Source of the DNA: Jimgerdemannia flammicorona
Taxonomy: Eukaryota
Direction: 5' to 3'
Assembly: GCA_003990765.1 (NCBI GenBank)
Contig: RBNJ01000200.1
Location: forward strand, 1 to 36,957
DNA length: 36,957 nt
Every line of letters begins with the position of its first letter. Positions within the stretch are counted from its first letter, which is position 1. A program made the position numbers and the translations under genes. A model generated the notes under the pieces. The model was not told the origin of the DNA. It did no database searches and saw only the letters and a program-made list of their open reading frames with translations. This document shows, in pieces, positions 11,379 to 23,399 of the stretch.

Positions 11379-13104
11379 GATGAGAGAGATATATCTTGAG
11401 GCAGTTGATGTATACTGATGTCCTGAGGGTCCATCCATCTATGCTTCTTAAATAGATGCTGGTTCCTCTGATGTTATGTACAAGATAAAGTCCTTCCCAT
11501 TTGGGCTCTAGTTTGGTAGCAAAATTTGTTTCGATTATACTTCTCCAAACTAATACTTGATCTCCAATTTTGATCTTCTGATCCTTCTGTTCCTGGTCAT
11601 AGTACTTCTTTTATCTTTCTTGAGCTTTGATAATCAGAGCTTGGGCTTGATTATATAACTGTTCTGCCTTCTTGAGGAGATCTCCAAGATTTTCATGGTC
11701 AGCAGTTCTGGTTTTCTGGCAAACATCATTTCGAATGGCTTTTATTTGATAGAGGCAGCAGGGGTGTTCTGAATTTCCCAAAGGATCTCAGGTAAGCAGA
11801 GGTCCCAATTGGTAAGATTGACTCAAGCAAGTTCTTTCTTAAAGGTCTGATTCATTCTTTCTGTCATGCCATTGGTCTGAGGGTAGTATGATGTGGTCTA
11901 TTTGAGGAGAATCTTGTGAATTTGGACATAACTTATGATTATGTTATTGATGAATTCTGTGCCTTTGTCAGAGGTGAGTTCTTCTGGGGGTTCATATTTG
12001 AGTATGAGTCTATGAGGAAGGCCTACAATGGTTAAGACATCTGTAACTTCCATTGGGAAAGCCTCCGGCCACTTGGCCAGATATTACATAAGTATAAGAA
12101 TATATATATTTCTTCTTGGTGTAACTGGTAGGAGTCCAATTATATCTATTCTCCATTTCTGAAAGATGTTTTCTGGTAGTGTGATTGGTTGCAGTGGTGC
12201 TTGATAGTTCTTTCTTCCTTAGTACTTCTGACAGGTGTCACATTTCTTTAGTATATCCCAAACTTGTATTCTGAGATTGGGCCAATGTTGGTATGTTGTT
12301 TGCAACTTTGCTTCTATGTTTGCTTGTCCTTAGTGGACTTTCTGGTATTCTTTTCAGATAAGACCTTCTTGTGCCTTGATGGTCTGAGGAGCTTCTTTTA
12401 GGGTATAGTTCCTCAGGACACTCTTCTTCTGGTTCATTGGGGCTGATGGGAAAGTACATCAACATTGTTGAGCTTTCTCTACTTTGTAGATGATGGTAAT
12501 TTTGTAATCCTGAAGGATAAGAATCTAGCAGACTAGGATTCCAGTGGGTTCCTTATAGTTAAATAATCATTTGAGAGCTACATGGTCTGTGATCAGAGTA
12601 AACCTTTTTCTAATAAGGTAATGCTTGAACAGAGTGACTGCCCATATGATTGTAAGAATTTCCAGTTTAGTGCTACCATAGTTCATCTGCTGCTAATTGG
12701 TAGCTTGGCTTACATAAGTTATCATATAGTGTTGTTGGTCAGGTCTTTCTTGGGCTAGAACAACTCCTAGGCTATCTTTGGAAGCATCAGTATATAAGAT
12801 GAATGGCTTCTGTAGATTGGGGTGTATAAGGATTGGTGCTGTGGTCATGTAGTTCTTGAGTTCTTTGAAGGCTTTCTCTTCTAATTCTGTCCATTTATAA
12901 GGGACTTCTTTCTTGAGAAGAATTCAAATTGGGGCAGCAATTTGTGCAAAGTCCTTAATATTCCTTCTGTAGTAGGATACTAGCATCAGGAATGATAGTG
13001 TTTCTTTTAGGATCTTGGGTACTGGCCAATTATTGATCCATCAGTTTTCTTTGGATCTATCCTTCTTTTGAAACTATGAATCCAAGGAATTCAAGTTTCT
13101 GTTT
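11362..13104 (-). pseudogene. Gypsy pol of element B: RT thumb, RNase H, integrase
   Basis: SFLMLVSYYRRNIKDFAQIAAP; PFILYTDASKDSLGVVLAQ; FTLITDHVAL; SDKGTEF; TSYYPQTNGMTERMNQT; KLEPKWEGLY (GPY/F-like). Confidence 0.9.
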
Positions 13105-13248
13105 TCTAACAAAGTGTCCTTTATGTGAAATATATGTGAGATGTATTATGCTAAATCAAGTGTGCTGATATAAGCTGGGTTGATGGGTTTGGTGAATATG
13201 GAAGCATGCACTTCCCAGGCCCACCATTCATATAAAGTTAAGGGGCCA
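13105..13248 (-). repeat. Split direct repeat B2
   Basis: 144 bp direct repeat of 13638-13781, with about 16 mismatches by hand alignment. Confidence 0.95.
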
Positions 13249-13290
13249 TACATTTATTGTTCCTCCTCCAAAAGGGAAGGGTGGGATGGG

Positions 13291-13481
13291 TTGTGTAAAC
13301 TGATTGCAGAAACTAACTAAGTATACAGGTATAGTCTACATGCTTGATTGTTAAGATGTGATATATACTCAGTCACTCAGGAGGATATTATATATAATGC
13401 ATACTGAAACATTGCTAAGCTATTTGCCACTGACATCTTGCCGGGGGACTGAGACTAGGCTAATATTGCATAAGAAACTGC
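13291..13481 (-). repeat. Split direct repeat A2
   Basis: 191 bp direct repeat of 17728-17918. Confidence 0.95.
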
Positions 13482-13637
13482 ACAATGGGAACTGAGACTA
13501 AGCTAAGATTGCATAAGAAATGGTATGGCAGGGAACTGATACTAAGCTAAGATTGTATGAAAGATCTGAAAGATTGTATGATAGTGGTTTTTCCATGGCT
13601 TCAGCCACTTTGCCGAAGTTTGAGCTATGTTTATAAC

Positions 13638-13781
13638 TCTAACAAAGTGTCCTTCGCATGAAATATATGTGAGATGTGTTATACTAAATCAAGTGTGCTG
13701 ATATAAGCTTGGTCAATGAGTTTGGTGAATATGGAAGCATGCGCTTCCCAGGCCCGCCATTTGCATAAAGTGAAGGGGCCA
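13638..13781 (-). repeat. Split direct repeat B1
   Basis: Direct repeat of 13105-13248. Confidence 0.95.
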
Positions 13782-13902
13782 ATACTGTAGGCCTGGGGGG
13801 TGGTCAGGCTCCTAATTCAGGTGCCACCAACCACTACCACCAGCCAAACCCATGGCCTGCTGGTAATCAGGAAAAGGGGAGCACCATCACAGCTGTAGTC
13901 AT

Positions 13903-14760
13903 TCAAGGCAGAATACAGTATAAATTGCGAATATAATAAAGAAAAGCTGCTGATTTCCAGCAGCCTGCCAGTTGAATAATATGGTCAGGGTAACCGGCCG
14001 AAGCTAACAGAGTAGCGCTGCTAATGCAAAAAGAGTGACCATGTATGCCATAGGACAGCAAGGTGCCAACCAAGAAAGACCGAATGGTGTCAATAAAGGT
14101 TGTTTGAGTGAGCAGTTGAGATGGGCCAAGGCAGATGGCTGGGTCCTCTGGCTGGGCTGGAAGTATCTGAATCATGTTGTTGATAGCAGTACATGAGCAG
14201 TTGAATGTGCCAGAAAACCCAAGCAAAACATCACCTGTCTCACCAGTCTTTGTTCATGGAAGATGTAAAGACCAGAAGGGGCATGTGTGCACTGAGTCCC
14301 ATCACCTAAGGAAGTTGGAATGATGTGCCTGTCAGATGGAATTGAAGGCCACACTATTCTGCATAGTGAGTTTACCAACTCGCATGAGACTGTAGAAGAC
14401 AGAGCAAGTGGCTCCCCAAATGGTGGTACCAAATGATGTGTCTAGTCGTAATGTACTGCGAATGGCCCATAAATGTTGACAGGTAATAGGGCAGCAGTCT
14501 CGCAAATGAGAGGGTGGTGGGGGGGAAGCCTGGATAGACTTGAGAATAGCATCGAAAAGTGGTAGCACCAAGCACTACAGTTGGGGGCCCCACCAGTGGG
14601 CCACTTGATAATTAGCTAGATTGTAGAAATAGTTCTTGATAGTGATATAAGGTTTACCCTTGCTAGCAAGCCATAGTGCCCAATGGCTTAACAGGTCATC
14701 CTGCAAGGGGATAGCAGTTGCTTTGAGAATGTTGCAGGAGTTGAGGAAGCAGTGGAGGGA
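13903..14760 (-). pseudogene. Tyrosine recombinase of the Ngaro element
   Basis: HGHSFCISSATLLASAGYPDHIIQLAGCWKSAAFLYYIR matches the GHSFRIGAAT...GRWxSxAxxxYIR motif, with Arg->Cys changes; FYSLMRVGKL is box I. Confidence 0.9.
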
Positions 14761-14879
14761 GTTGATGCTAGGGCACAGGCTACTGGTCCAGGTGTGGGAC
14801 TGCTGGTAGAGACATGTGTCAAATTGATGGTGAAGCCAAAGGGGGATGTGATCGAGGTAGGTAGAAGTTCCTGGGGGTA

Positions 14880-16400
14880 GGGAGAGAGAGTACTATGAGA
14901 TAAAGAATCAGCAGGGTTTGATGCAGAGGGGATGTACTGAGCCTGAATGTCAAATTCCATTTCGAGGCAAAGAAGAACAATGTGATATAGCAAATCGTTG
15001 ACAAGAGGGTAGTGGCAAGCATGACTACTGGTCAATACTTCAACACAGGGTTGGCTGTCACACCAAAGAATGATGTGTTGTGAATGAAAGGATGGGCCCC
15101 ATAGTACCAATGAAACCCAGATGGCAAACAGCTCCTTCCAGAATATATCATACCCCTGGCCCACAAAGGAGGGAACTCACCATACACTCCACCAGTGATG
15201 CCCCAGCAGGCCGCCAGTGCCGAAGGTTCCAGACACATTGGTAAAGAAACCATAGTCAATCCAATCGGAATAGTAGAGCAGACAGCAGCCCAATTATGAG
15301 TGAAGAATATCAGTCCACCATGGTAAATTGGTGACTAATTGTGGAGGTGGATAATGTCGCCCAATGTAGGGCAGCTTCCAGGAAGCAGCAAAACGAATAA
15401 TGCAGTTGCAAAATACTTTCCCATAAGAAAGGATCTGGACCATGTGCATCAGGTGGCCTGCGAGCAACTGAGCATCATGATGTGACCATGGCTGAAGATG
15501 ATGAGGGTGAGCAGAATTGGCAGAAGTAAGCCAGTCTGTGATGAGAATTAAGAGACACACCCGCTTTTCCTCAGAGAGGCTGATCATCATGGATGGCACA
15601 TCAAGACAAAAGCCCATGTACTCGATTGAGGGGATCAGAGGGATGTCTTTGGACGTCTTGAGGGGGAGGCTGAATTGTGCAGCAATGGCATGAAATCATG
15701 TGTAAGAGAATAGTGTGCTTGCAGGAAGTGTGACATAAATGAATTCATTGACAAAATGACCCAGGTTGGGAAGGTCATAGTGGTGGGTACAGATCCATGT
15801 AAAGAGGTCCATGAGAGAGGTATATATGAAGGGGGCAGAGTGCAGACCAAATAGGAGAAACATGTTAAGAAAAAAGAGACCAAGCCAGCAGATGCCTTGC
15901 ATAGCCCAGTCTGACCAGTGGACAGGAATTGTACGAAATGCCTCCTTGACATCTGCTTTTCAGAATAGTGCTGTAGGACCAATGGCAATGAGTAGGAGGA
16001 TAACAGCTTGGATTGAGTGGTACTGAATAGAAAACTCTTCCAGGTCAATGCCATCATTGACTGATGTTCCTTTGGGAAGGAGAGGTACTATATTGTCCTG
16101 AATTTGGTAGAGTGTTTCTTGGGGATGGCACCAAGGAGAGCATTGTGAAAGGGGCAAAACTCAATGGGGAGTGCTAATAGGGATAGGAAGGGGCCTAAAT
16201 AACAGCTAGCAGCTAATTCACTATAAATGTTGGTAGAGAGGACTTCTTGGTGACAATATGCCAATGTGAGATTGTCAGTTAGCAGATCAATACGAAGCTC
16301 AGGGTGGGAGTTGTTGCCATATAAGTAATCATTGCGAAGGCCTATTAAGTGGTACTGGACTAGGGGTTGGTCAGGATGTGATTGCAAGGCCCATATCCAC
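14880..16400 (-). pseudogene. RT and RNase H of the Ngaro element
   Basis: GAIPKKHSTKFRTI; KADVKEAFRTIPV; LLFGLHSAPFIY; HFVNEF (decayed xxDD); IFWKELFAI; WCDSQ; IPSASNPADSLS. Confidence 0.9.
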
Positions 16401-16439
16401 TCCTTTAACTAACAAGGGGTAGTTGGGCATGCAGAGGTT

Positions 16440-17705
16440 GGTGGTATGGTGAGATTAGCCATAGTGAGCAATGCATGCTGAGGCTGTGTGAGATCTATAG
16501 CAGAAGAGGCAGACATGAACTTGACCACAGTTGGAGTGGGGGCAGCCAGGGCCATTAAAATTATGGCAGACCAAGCTAGTGGCACTGTCAGGATATAATA
16601 GATCATCTGGCTTCTGGGTGAATGTGGGCTGTTGAAGTGGGGTTTGGGTGCAGGAGCTGACACTGTGCCCCCATACCCTGCATCAAAAGTATGGTATGTT
16701 ATGGGCAGGGCCTGCCTTTATACTGTCCGGAGCTATTGATGAAACTTCTGTCAACTGTGAGACTGAGTGAGGAAGGGTCATCCAGCAGCTATAAGTAGCA
16801 GGAGTGGTTGCCGGTTGACCAACAATCATTTCAAATGTACAGTGAACTGCCTCCAGGTTACCAATATCCAGCTCTGGAAATGAAGCTTTCAGCATGCAGA
16901 CTTGTCTATTGAAGCATTGGAGTGCCACTCAATTGTATCGATCATTGATGGCCTTGGCAATAAAGATGGTGTGAGCTAGAAGTTGGGGTGCATGCACCAC
17001 ATGGATAGTGGACCAAGTTATGCCCAGAGAGAGAAGCACACCTCAAATATTGAAAATGGCTTCAAGTCAAAGAGGAAGGTCAAGGTCATGGTCTGGTGGT
17101 GTGTATCTGATTCCTTATGACTCATGCATGATATAAGGGCATTCCCAGTCCATTTGGCTAGGATTTGATATTTTTCTATCTCCAGCGAAGCTAACAGATT
17201 GGGGGGGACCCAATCCTGCCTTAACATAATATTGGAAATGAAGGAGGATGTTAACTCACCACTGACCAGGGGTCCTATTGGAGTGGGTGGCAGCATAAGG
17301 GGGGCCATGACTGATGGGGGGGTCATAACTGACAAGTGTACAGTAAACCCATAGAAAAGGCTAGTAGAGCTGGTGCCATGGCTGAGCCCAGCCCTGATTG
17401 TCTCAGGAGCCATATCAAAAGTGCAGATAGTAAATTTTCAATAAGGGCATCTTCGGTTTACTCTTATGGCTGTAGAGGTTCCAGATCTGGATTGGGACAA
17501 TATGTGTCCAGATGTGCTACCAATACTGCTTTTTGACCATTGACTGATAAGTCATGGTCACAGCATAGAGTGACTAAGTGTTCCTTACATGGAGCACATA
17601 GACTGGTAAATTGGGAATCAGGGCATGAGCTTGTAGAGGATCCTGCATAGGTTGAGCTAGTACCAGTGGGAGAGGACTCTGGGACCAGGTGCAAATTGGG
17701 GGCAT
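16440..17705 (-). pseudogene. gag of the Ngaro element, with N-terminal SAP-like motif and C-terminal Cys/His fingers
   Basis: CHNFNGPGCPHSNCGQVHVCLFCYRSHTASAC at 16568-16473; KEHLVTLCCDHDLSVNGQKAVLVAHL near 17510-17590. Confidence 0.8.
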
Positions 17706-17727
17706 GGTTTGTTGGCTTTTTTTTTTT

Positions 17728-17918
17728 TTGTGTAAACTGATTCCAGGAACTAACTAAGTATACAGGCATAGTCTATGTGCTTGATTGTTAAGATTTGATG
17801 CATACTCAGTCGCTCAGGGGGATATTACATGTAATGTATACTGAAACATTGCTAAGCTATTTGCCACTGACATTTTGCTGGGGGACTGAGACTAGGCTAA
17901 CATTGCATAAGAAACTGC
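17728..17918 (-). repeat. Split direct repeat A1 (5' end of the Ngaro element)
   Basis: Direct repeat of 13291-13481. Confidence 0.95.
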
Positions 17919-20400
17919 TTTGTCTATTAGGCCCTTAATAATAGGGACTTGTATTTGATGCTTTTCTTGAAAGAGAATAGACTTGTAGGGGTCTTGGAAT
18001 CTTGATCATAGAGTAACTAGAAAGGGAAAAGACTAGTATATAATTGGACAACATTGTTATATTCAAACTCTACATATGTCAGGTAGTGGTCCCAATCATC
18101 TTACTTATAGAAAACATAGTTTCTAAGCATTTATTCTAGAGTTCTGTTCATGTTCTTGATTTGTTCATCAGTTTGTAGGTGAAAGGTAGTAGATATAGCC
18201 AATTGGGTTCCCAGGGTCTTAAAGAGAGTTTGCCAGAAGTAACTAGTAAACTTGGGGTCACAATTACTAACAGTCACTCATAGTAGATCATAGTGATAGA
18301 AGATGGACTTGAAGAAGATTCTTGCAATCTCAGATATAGTAGCATTGGTAGTGGTTGGTTCAGTAACTATAGTCTTGGTCAGGCAGTCAATAAATATGAT
18401 GATAGCATCAGTACCAGATTGAGTTCATGGTAGTTGAGTTATAAAGTCCATGGTAACTTACTCATATTTCTTAGTGGAAATTAGCAGTAGTTATAGCAAA
18501 CTGGCAGGTACTTGGTTGATAGACTAATTGTGCTGGCATAGATTATGGCTAGCAATATAGTTCTTGATTTTCTTGACCATACTTGGCCAATAGTAGTAGT
18601 ATAGGATATTCTTGACAGTCTTCTCAATTCCCAGATAACCAGCAAGAGGGAAGTTATGGTGTTCTTGCAAAACCTTATAGTATAGGTTTATGTTTTCAGA
18701 TAGATAGACTTGATCTTGATGATAGATCAGATTATTCTTGACAATATATATATCCTTGAGCTCATTCAAGAAAACTCTAGTAACAACTGTGTCTTCTTTG
18801 TAAGCTTGCCTGATTTGGTCTAGAAATTCTGATATCAAGGTAACTTATATGATTGTGGTAAGGTCAGAGTATCTTGTTAAGGCATCTGGTACTACAAGTG
18901 TCTTGCCAGACTTGTAGATGATTGTAAGATTGAAGGTTTGAAGCTTGAGGCTCTACTTGGCTTAGAGATATAATAGAATAAGTTGGGTGTTGATGTATTT
19001 AAGAGATTGATGATCAGTAATGACATCAAACTCAATACCTTCTAAATAGTATTGCTAGTGGTCTAGTATATATATTATAGCCAGTAGTTTCTTCTTGTGA
19101 ATGGTTAGCTTTTGTTCAGCCAGAGCCAACTTATAGGAGTTAAAAGCAATAAGATGGTGTCCTTTGTTATCATCTTATAACAGGACTGCTCCAATGGCAC
19201 ATCAGTGGTGACTGTGAATTTTAGGCCTTGATCTGCATTATGTAGGACTGGAGCATAGGTCAGGTGGTTCTTGAGTTCTTGAAAAGCTTGTTGACAGAAG
19301 AGATCCCAGGTATAGAGTACATAGTGGTCTGAGTGTGGGGCCTTTCTCATAAGGTTAGTCAGTGGCTTGGCAATACCAGAGAAGTTTCTGACAAAGTAGT
19401 AATAGTAGCCAGCTAGACCAAGGAAGGATTGGAGTTCTGTGAGGTTCAATAGAATGGGCCATTCTTCAATTGCTTCTATCTTATATGGTTCTACTTGAAT
19501 TTCTTGTGCGGAGATAATGTGGCCAAGGTATTTGACTTGTTCCTTGAAGAATTCACACTTCTTGAGCTTGGCATAAAGCTTGAGTTTTCACAGGATCTCC
19601 ACGACTGTTTGAATGTATTTGAGGTGTTCTTCTTTAGTTATACTAAAGATCAGAATGTCATCAAGATATAACAATAGAAAAATAAATAGTTAGTCTTTGA
19701 ATATCTTATTAATCAGGGTCTGGAATGTAGCAGGTACATTTGTGAGACCAAATGCTAAAACGAAGAATTCATAGAGTCCAAAGGTGGTTATGAGTCAGTC
19801 TTAAAAATATCTTCTAGCTTTATTTGAATCTGGTAGTATCCTGACATAAGGTCCAACTTAGTGAAGTACTTGGTATTCTTGAGAGCATCAAAGATTTGGT
19901 CAATCAAGGGTAGCAGATAGTAGTTCTTGACAGTAAGCTTGTAAGTATATAATAGTCTATGTACCTTCACAGGGTACTATTCTTCTTCTTAACAAATAAG
20001 ACTGATAAGCCATAAGGAGATTTGCTTGATGGCTTCTCATGTAAGTATTTCTTCTAGTTTCTTCTTAACTGCTTCAATTTGGAGTAGTGACATATATATA
20101 TGTGTTTCTTAGATAGTATAGCTCCTGGAGTAAGTTTTATTTCATGATCAACTTCTCATATAGGTAGTAGGCCAGGTAGCTTGTCTAGAAAGACATCCTT
20201 GAATTTTTCTAGTAGTAACTTGATACTTTCATTGACTGATAGTCTCTTGTCTTGTTTCTTGAAATGGACCATTACAATAAAGGCATGCATTGTCTTCTTG
20301 AGTACTCTGTTATACTATATAGCTGATAGTGTTGCAATCTGAGTCTTGCTTGTGGTCTAATCTGTCTTGATAATGATATTGGCTCCATTTGAAGTAAGGT
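17919..20400 (-). pseudogene. RT, RNase H and integrase of element C
   Basis: [62 protein letters not shown]...GYLG...YYWP...[31 protein letters not shown]. Confidence 0.92.
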
Positions 20401-20409
20401 GACTTCATT

Positions 20410-20720
20410 CTTATACCAATCAATGTCTGGGTTATATTTCATAAGCTAGGGTTTTTCTAGGATCAGATCATGATCTCCTAGTAGTACAACCTCAAAGTAT
20501 ACTCATTCCTAATATTTCTGGATCTTGATGGATAGTTTGGTAGCAATTGACTCAATGGGGTGCAAAGTACCATCTGCAGTGACTATACTATTGTTCTTGG
20601 GTATAGGCTTGGTAAAGATTTTGAGACTTTTGATGAGATTCTGATTGATGAAGTTCTCTACAGCTCTACTGTCTATGAGTACTTGAACTTCTTTTCCTTT
20701 GACTAGGTCTTTGAAAATAG
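20410..20720 (-). pseudogene. Aspartic protease of element C
   Basis: VQVLIDSRAVENFIN...VTADG...DLILEKP*LMKYNPDIDW. Confidence 0.85.
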
Positions 20721-20764
20721 GTATAGTTTAAGCTTGATTTTCACTAAAACTTGCTGCTTGATGG

Positions 20765-21136
20765 GTTACCAAAATCTTTTTGGTCTTACTTGGTTTCAGA
20801 GAGTTCTTGGACTTCTGTAATATTGAGTTGACTGGCTTTTTTTAGGATCATTTGCATAACTCAGTCTCCTTCCTTAACTGTATAGTCTTGATCCTTCTGG
20901 TAGATAAACAGAACTTGAACTTATCCTTAAAAGAATAACACCAGCACCTATATCTAAATAATGTTTGACACTGAGTCCTAATCATAGTACAATTCTGACA
21001 TAATGTCCTTCAGAGCATTGAACTGAAATTTCAGTAGACACCAGACTTGTTTGACAGAGTATAGGTCAAGACCAATGGCTCCTTCTGTTTGATATTGAGG
21101 GACCTGGACCTTTGAGTGAACCTTCTTGATCTTGAG
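20765..21136 (-). pseudogene. dut: Trimeric dUTPase domain inside element C
   Basis: Five motifs in order across frameshifts: TEGAIGLDLYS; GHYVRIVL*LGLS; IGAGVI; EGD*VMQMI; ETK*DQKDFGN. Confidence 0.85.
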
Positions 21137-21199
21137 CTCAGATTGACTGGTAGTGAGGTTGACAGATATATCCTTGGACAATAAGGTAACTGGTCTTGA

Positions 21200-22114
21200 G
21201 GGTTTGCTAGTCTTCTTAGGATATTTGGTTGCAATATATCTTATTTGGCAATAGAAGAAACAGGCTCCAGATTTCTTCAGACAGTTCTTTTCTTCAGAGG
21301 TGAGCTTAGTGTTCTTTTTGTTCATAGTATCTAAGTTTATTGGTGCTGGGCCAACTATCCTTGGTTGGTTTCTGTAGTGGTTCTTGAAGTAGTTCTTCTT
21401 GTAGTATACTGGTTCAAAGCAGTTGCCAAAGGTGATGACATCAAATCTATCAGTAATTCTCATGACTTCATTAAGGGTTTTGGACTCTTCTAGCTCAACC
21501 TTAACTTGTGTGTTTCCCTTCAGACCTCAGACATAGCAGTCTATCTTTTCATTCTCAGATATTACTGTTAGCTTGAGTAGGATTGACAAGAATTGTACAT
21601 TATAGCTTTGCACAGACTTGAGTTGCTTGATATCTGCTAGCTTGTCCCTGGCTAGCTTGGTATCATTAGCAGGCTTGAACTGCCTATGAAGGGCTCTCTT
21701 GAAAGCTTTCCAGTCTCTGATTCATATATACAAGTGTATAGATATAGTCATAATATGATTTTACTACCAGATATCTATATTTCCTTAGAGAAGTGTGGCA
21801 GCAAATTGGACTTTCTTATCTTCTTCCATTTTTGTAAGTTCAAAGTATTGATCTAACTGGAAGGTCCATACATCTGTAGATAGTTCTCCTTGATGACTAT
21901 CAAAGGTATCTGGCTTAAATGGCTAGAAACTGACTAGTGCTATTACAGAATATGAAGTGCTCATAGTTCTTATTTTTTGCTATTCTAGTTGTATGTAAAG
22001 TTCTTGGATTTAGTGGACCATAGTGGTGATCATTTCCTCTATGCTAACTTGTAGTCCTTCTGTTTCTTCTATAGCAGAGGGGTCTGGCTGATAGGCTGAC
22101 TCTTCATAGCTCAT
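21200..22114 (-). pseudogene. gag of element C
   Basis: ATG at 22114; KPDTFD...WTFQLDQYF...KVQFAATLL; GPAPINLD; GACFFYCQIRYIATKYP (decayed CCHC). Confidence 0.85.
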
Positions 22115-22193
22115 TTCAGGTTTGTGTGACTAATTGTAACTGGTTTCCGAATTTGTGTAAGGTTTCTTAATAAGGCAAGGTATAATGATACTA

Positions 22194-22202
22194 CTGCTAC
22201 CA
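22194..22202 (-). other. Primer binding site for initiator Met tRNA
   Basis: TGGTAGCAG starts 2 nt after the LTR end and is complementary to a ...CUGCUACCA tRNA-iMet 3' end. Confidence 0.75.
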
Positions 22203-22204
22203 AG

Positions 22205-22667
22205 TGTAATGGTTTTAGTTTCTTTAAGAGGAAGCAGCTTAATCCAGAAGTTCTAGTTGGCCTAAAGTAGCTCAAAGAGATACTTAAAGGTTCAAGTGTT
22301 CTTGAAGGATTTCTGGGAGAGCTTTATTCAGGCAGAGAATAAGGATATTTATATATGATCTGAAAGAAAGATCCAGAAGGATCTTTGAAAGAAAGAGAAA
22401 TATCAAGAAATAGATTCTTGGCAAAGCTGACTAATACTATTCTACAATATTCCAAAAGGTTCTATAACTAGCGAAGATAGGATGCTTGGAGCCAAGAAAA
22501 GACAAGAATGTTCTAGTGGTGTCTGGGTGCCAAGATAAGGTTTTTAAGCAAGTAGAAGGTGGCAGAACATAGTAAAATGTTCAAGAAATGACAAGAAAAG
22601 ACTAACTAAAAGATACAAAAATATATAAAGACTAAATATGTCTGTAAAATTGTTATAGTGTATAACA
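22205..22667 (-). repeat. 5' LTR of element C
   Basis: Minus strand TGTTAT...ATTACA next to the PBS. The distal end is inferred from the switch to A/B-family LTR sequence at 22668; there is no second copy to confirm it. Confidence 0.65.
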
Positions 22668-23399
22668 TGATAATTCAGATGGTATGGATTCTCTTCTTGA
22701 TAAAGTTATATCAGAGACTGGCTTTGGTTGCATAAAGTTATATCAAAAGAGACTGGCTTTACTGTAAAGTTACTGGCTTTATATTGTGGAATGCAGGTAG
22801 ACTTTTTCCTAAATAGTAGAGGTTTTTGAGCAAAGTTGCATCAAAGACTGGCTTCATTTGTATGAACTAAGTTTACTGTGAAGTTATATCAAAAGACTGG
22901 CTTTATGTCAAGATGGTGGACTTTTTGAAATGGTAGCTTTTCCTTAAGCAGTGAAATTCTCTTCAAATGGTAGTAAGTTTCTCTTCAAATAGTAATAAAG
23001 TTTATCACTCAAATTTTCACTACAAATCTCAGATAATCTTTATACTAAAAAGTAAACTGGAGTGGGAAAAAGAAAGCTTTCTGCTTTTCAGACTGAGGTT
23101 TATTCTCTCTAATCTCTGAGATATTTTATATATTATAGTTACTATCTGATTACTATCTGACTAATTATAGAGTACTATTTAGAGCAGATATTTGTGATTT
23201 GGTACAGGTGTTCTGGTCTGATATAAGTGTTCTAGTCTGGTATAAGTATTCTGATCTAGTACAAGTAATATACCCTATCTGATATATCTGACTAATTATA
23301 TAAGTTAGTACAGTAAAGCAGTCTTAGTTATCTATTGTACTTATTATAATATATAGCCATTTTATATTTCTGATAGTATAGTTTCTGCTACTTATTAAA
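22668..23399 (-). repeat. Distal part of an A/B-family LTR
   Basis: Aligns to about 9900-10825, e.g. CAGTAAAGCAGTCTT, ACTGGAGTGG and AAAGACTGGCTT. Confidence 0.85.

Larger units (their letters stand above)
13105..17918 (-). mobile_element. Ngaro-type DIRS-order tyrosine-recombinase retrotransposon, full length but decayed
   Basis: gag, RT/RNase H and YR in order, with split direct repeats arranged A1-ORFs-B1-A2-B2. No methyltransferase domain is seen. Confidence 0.92.
17919..22667 (-). mobile_element. Ty3/Gypsy element C: LTR-PBS-gag-dUTPase-protease-RT-RNase H-integrase; 3' end missing
   Basis: All domains are recognisable in Gypsy order. The integrase breaks off at the Ngaro element. Confidence 0.92.
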
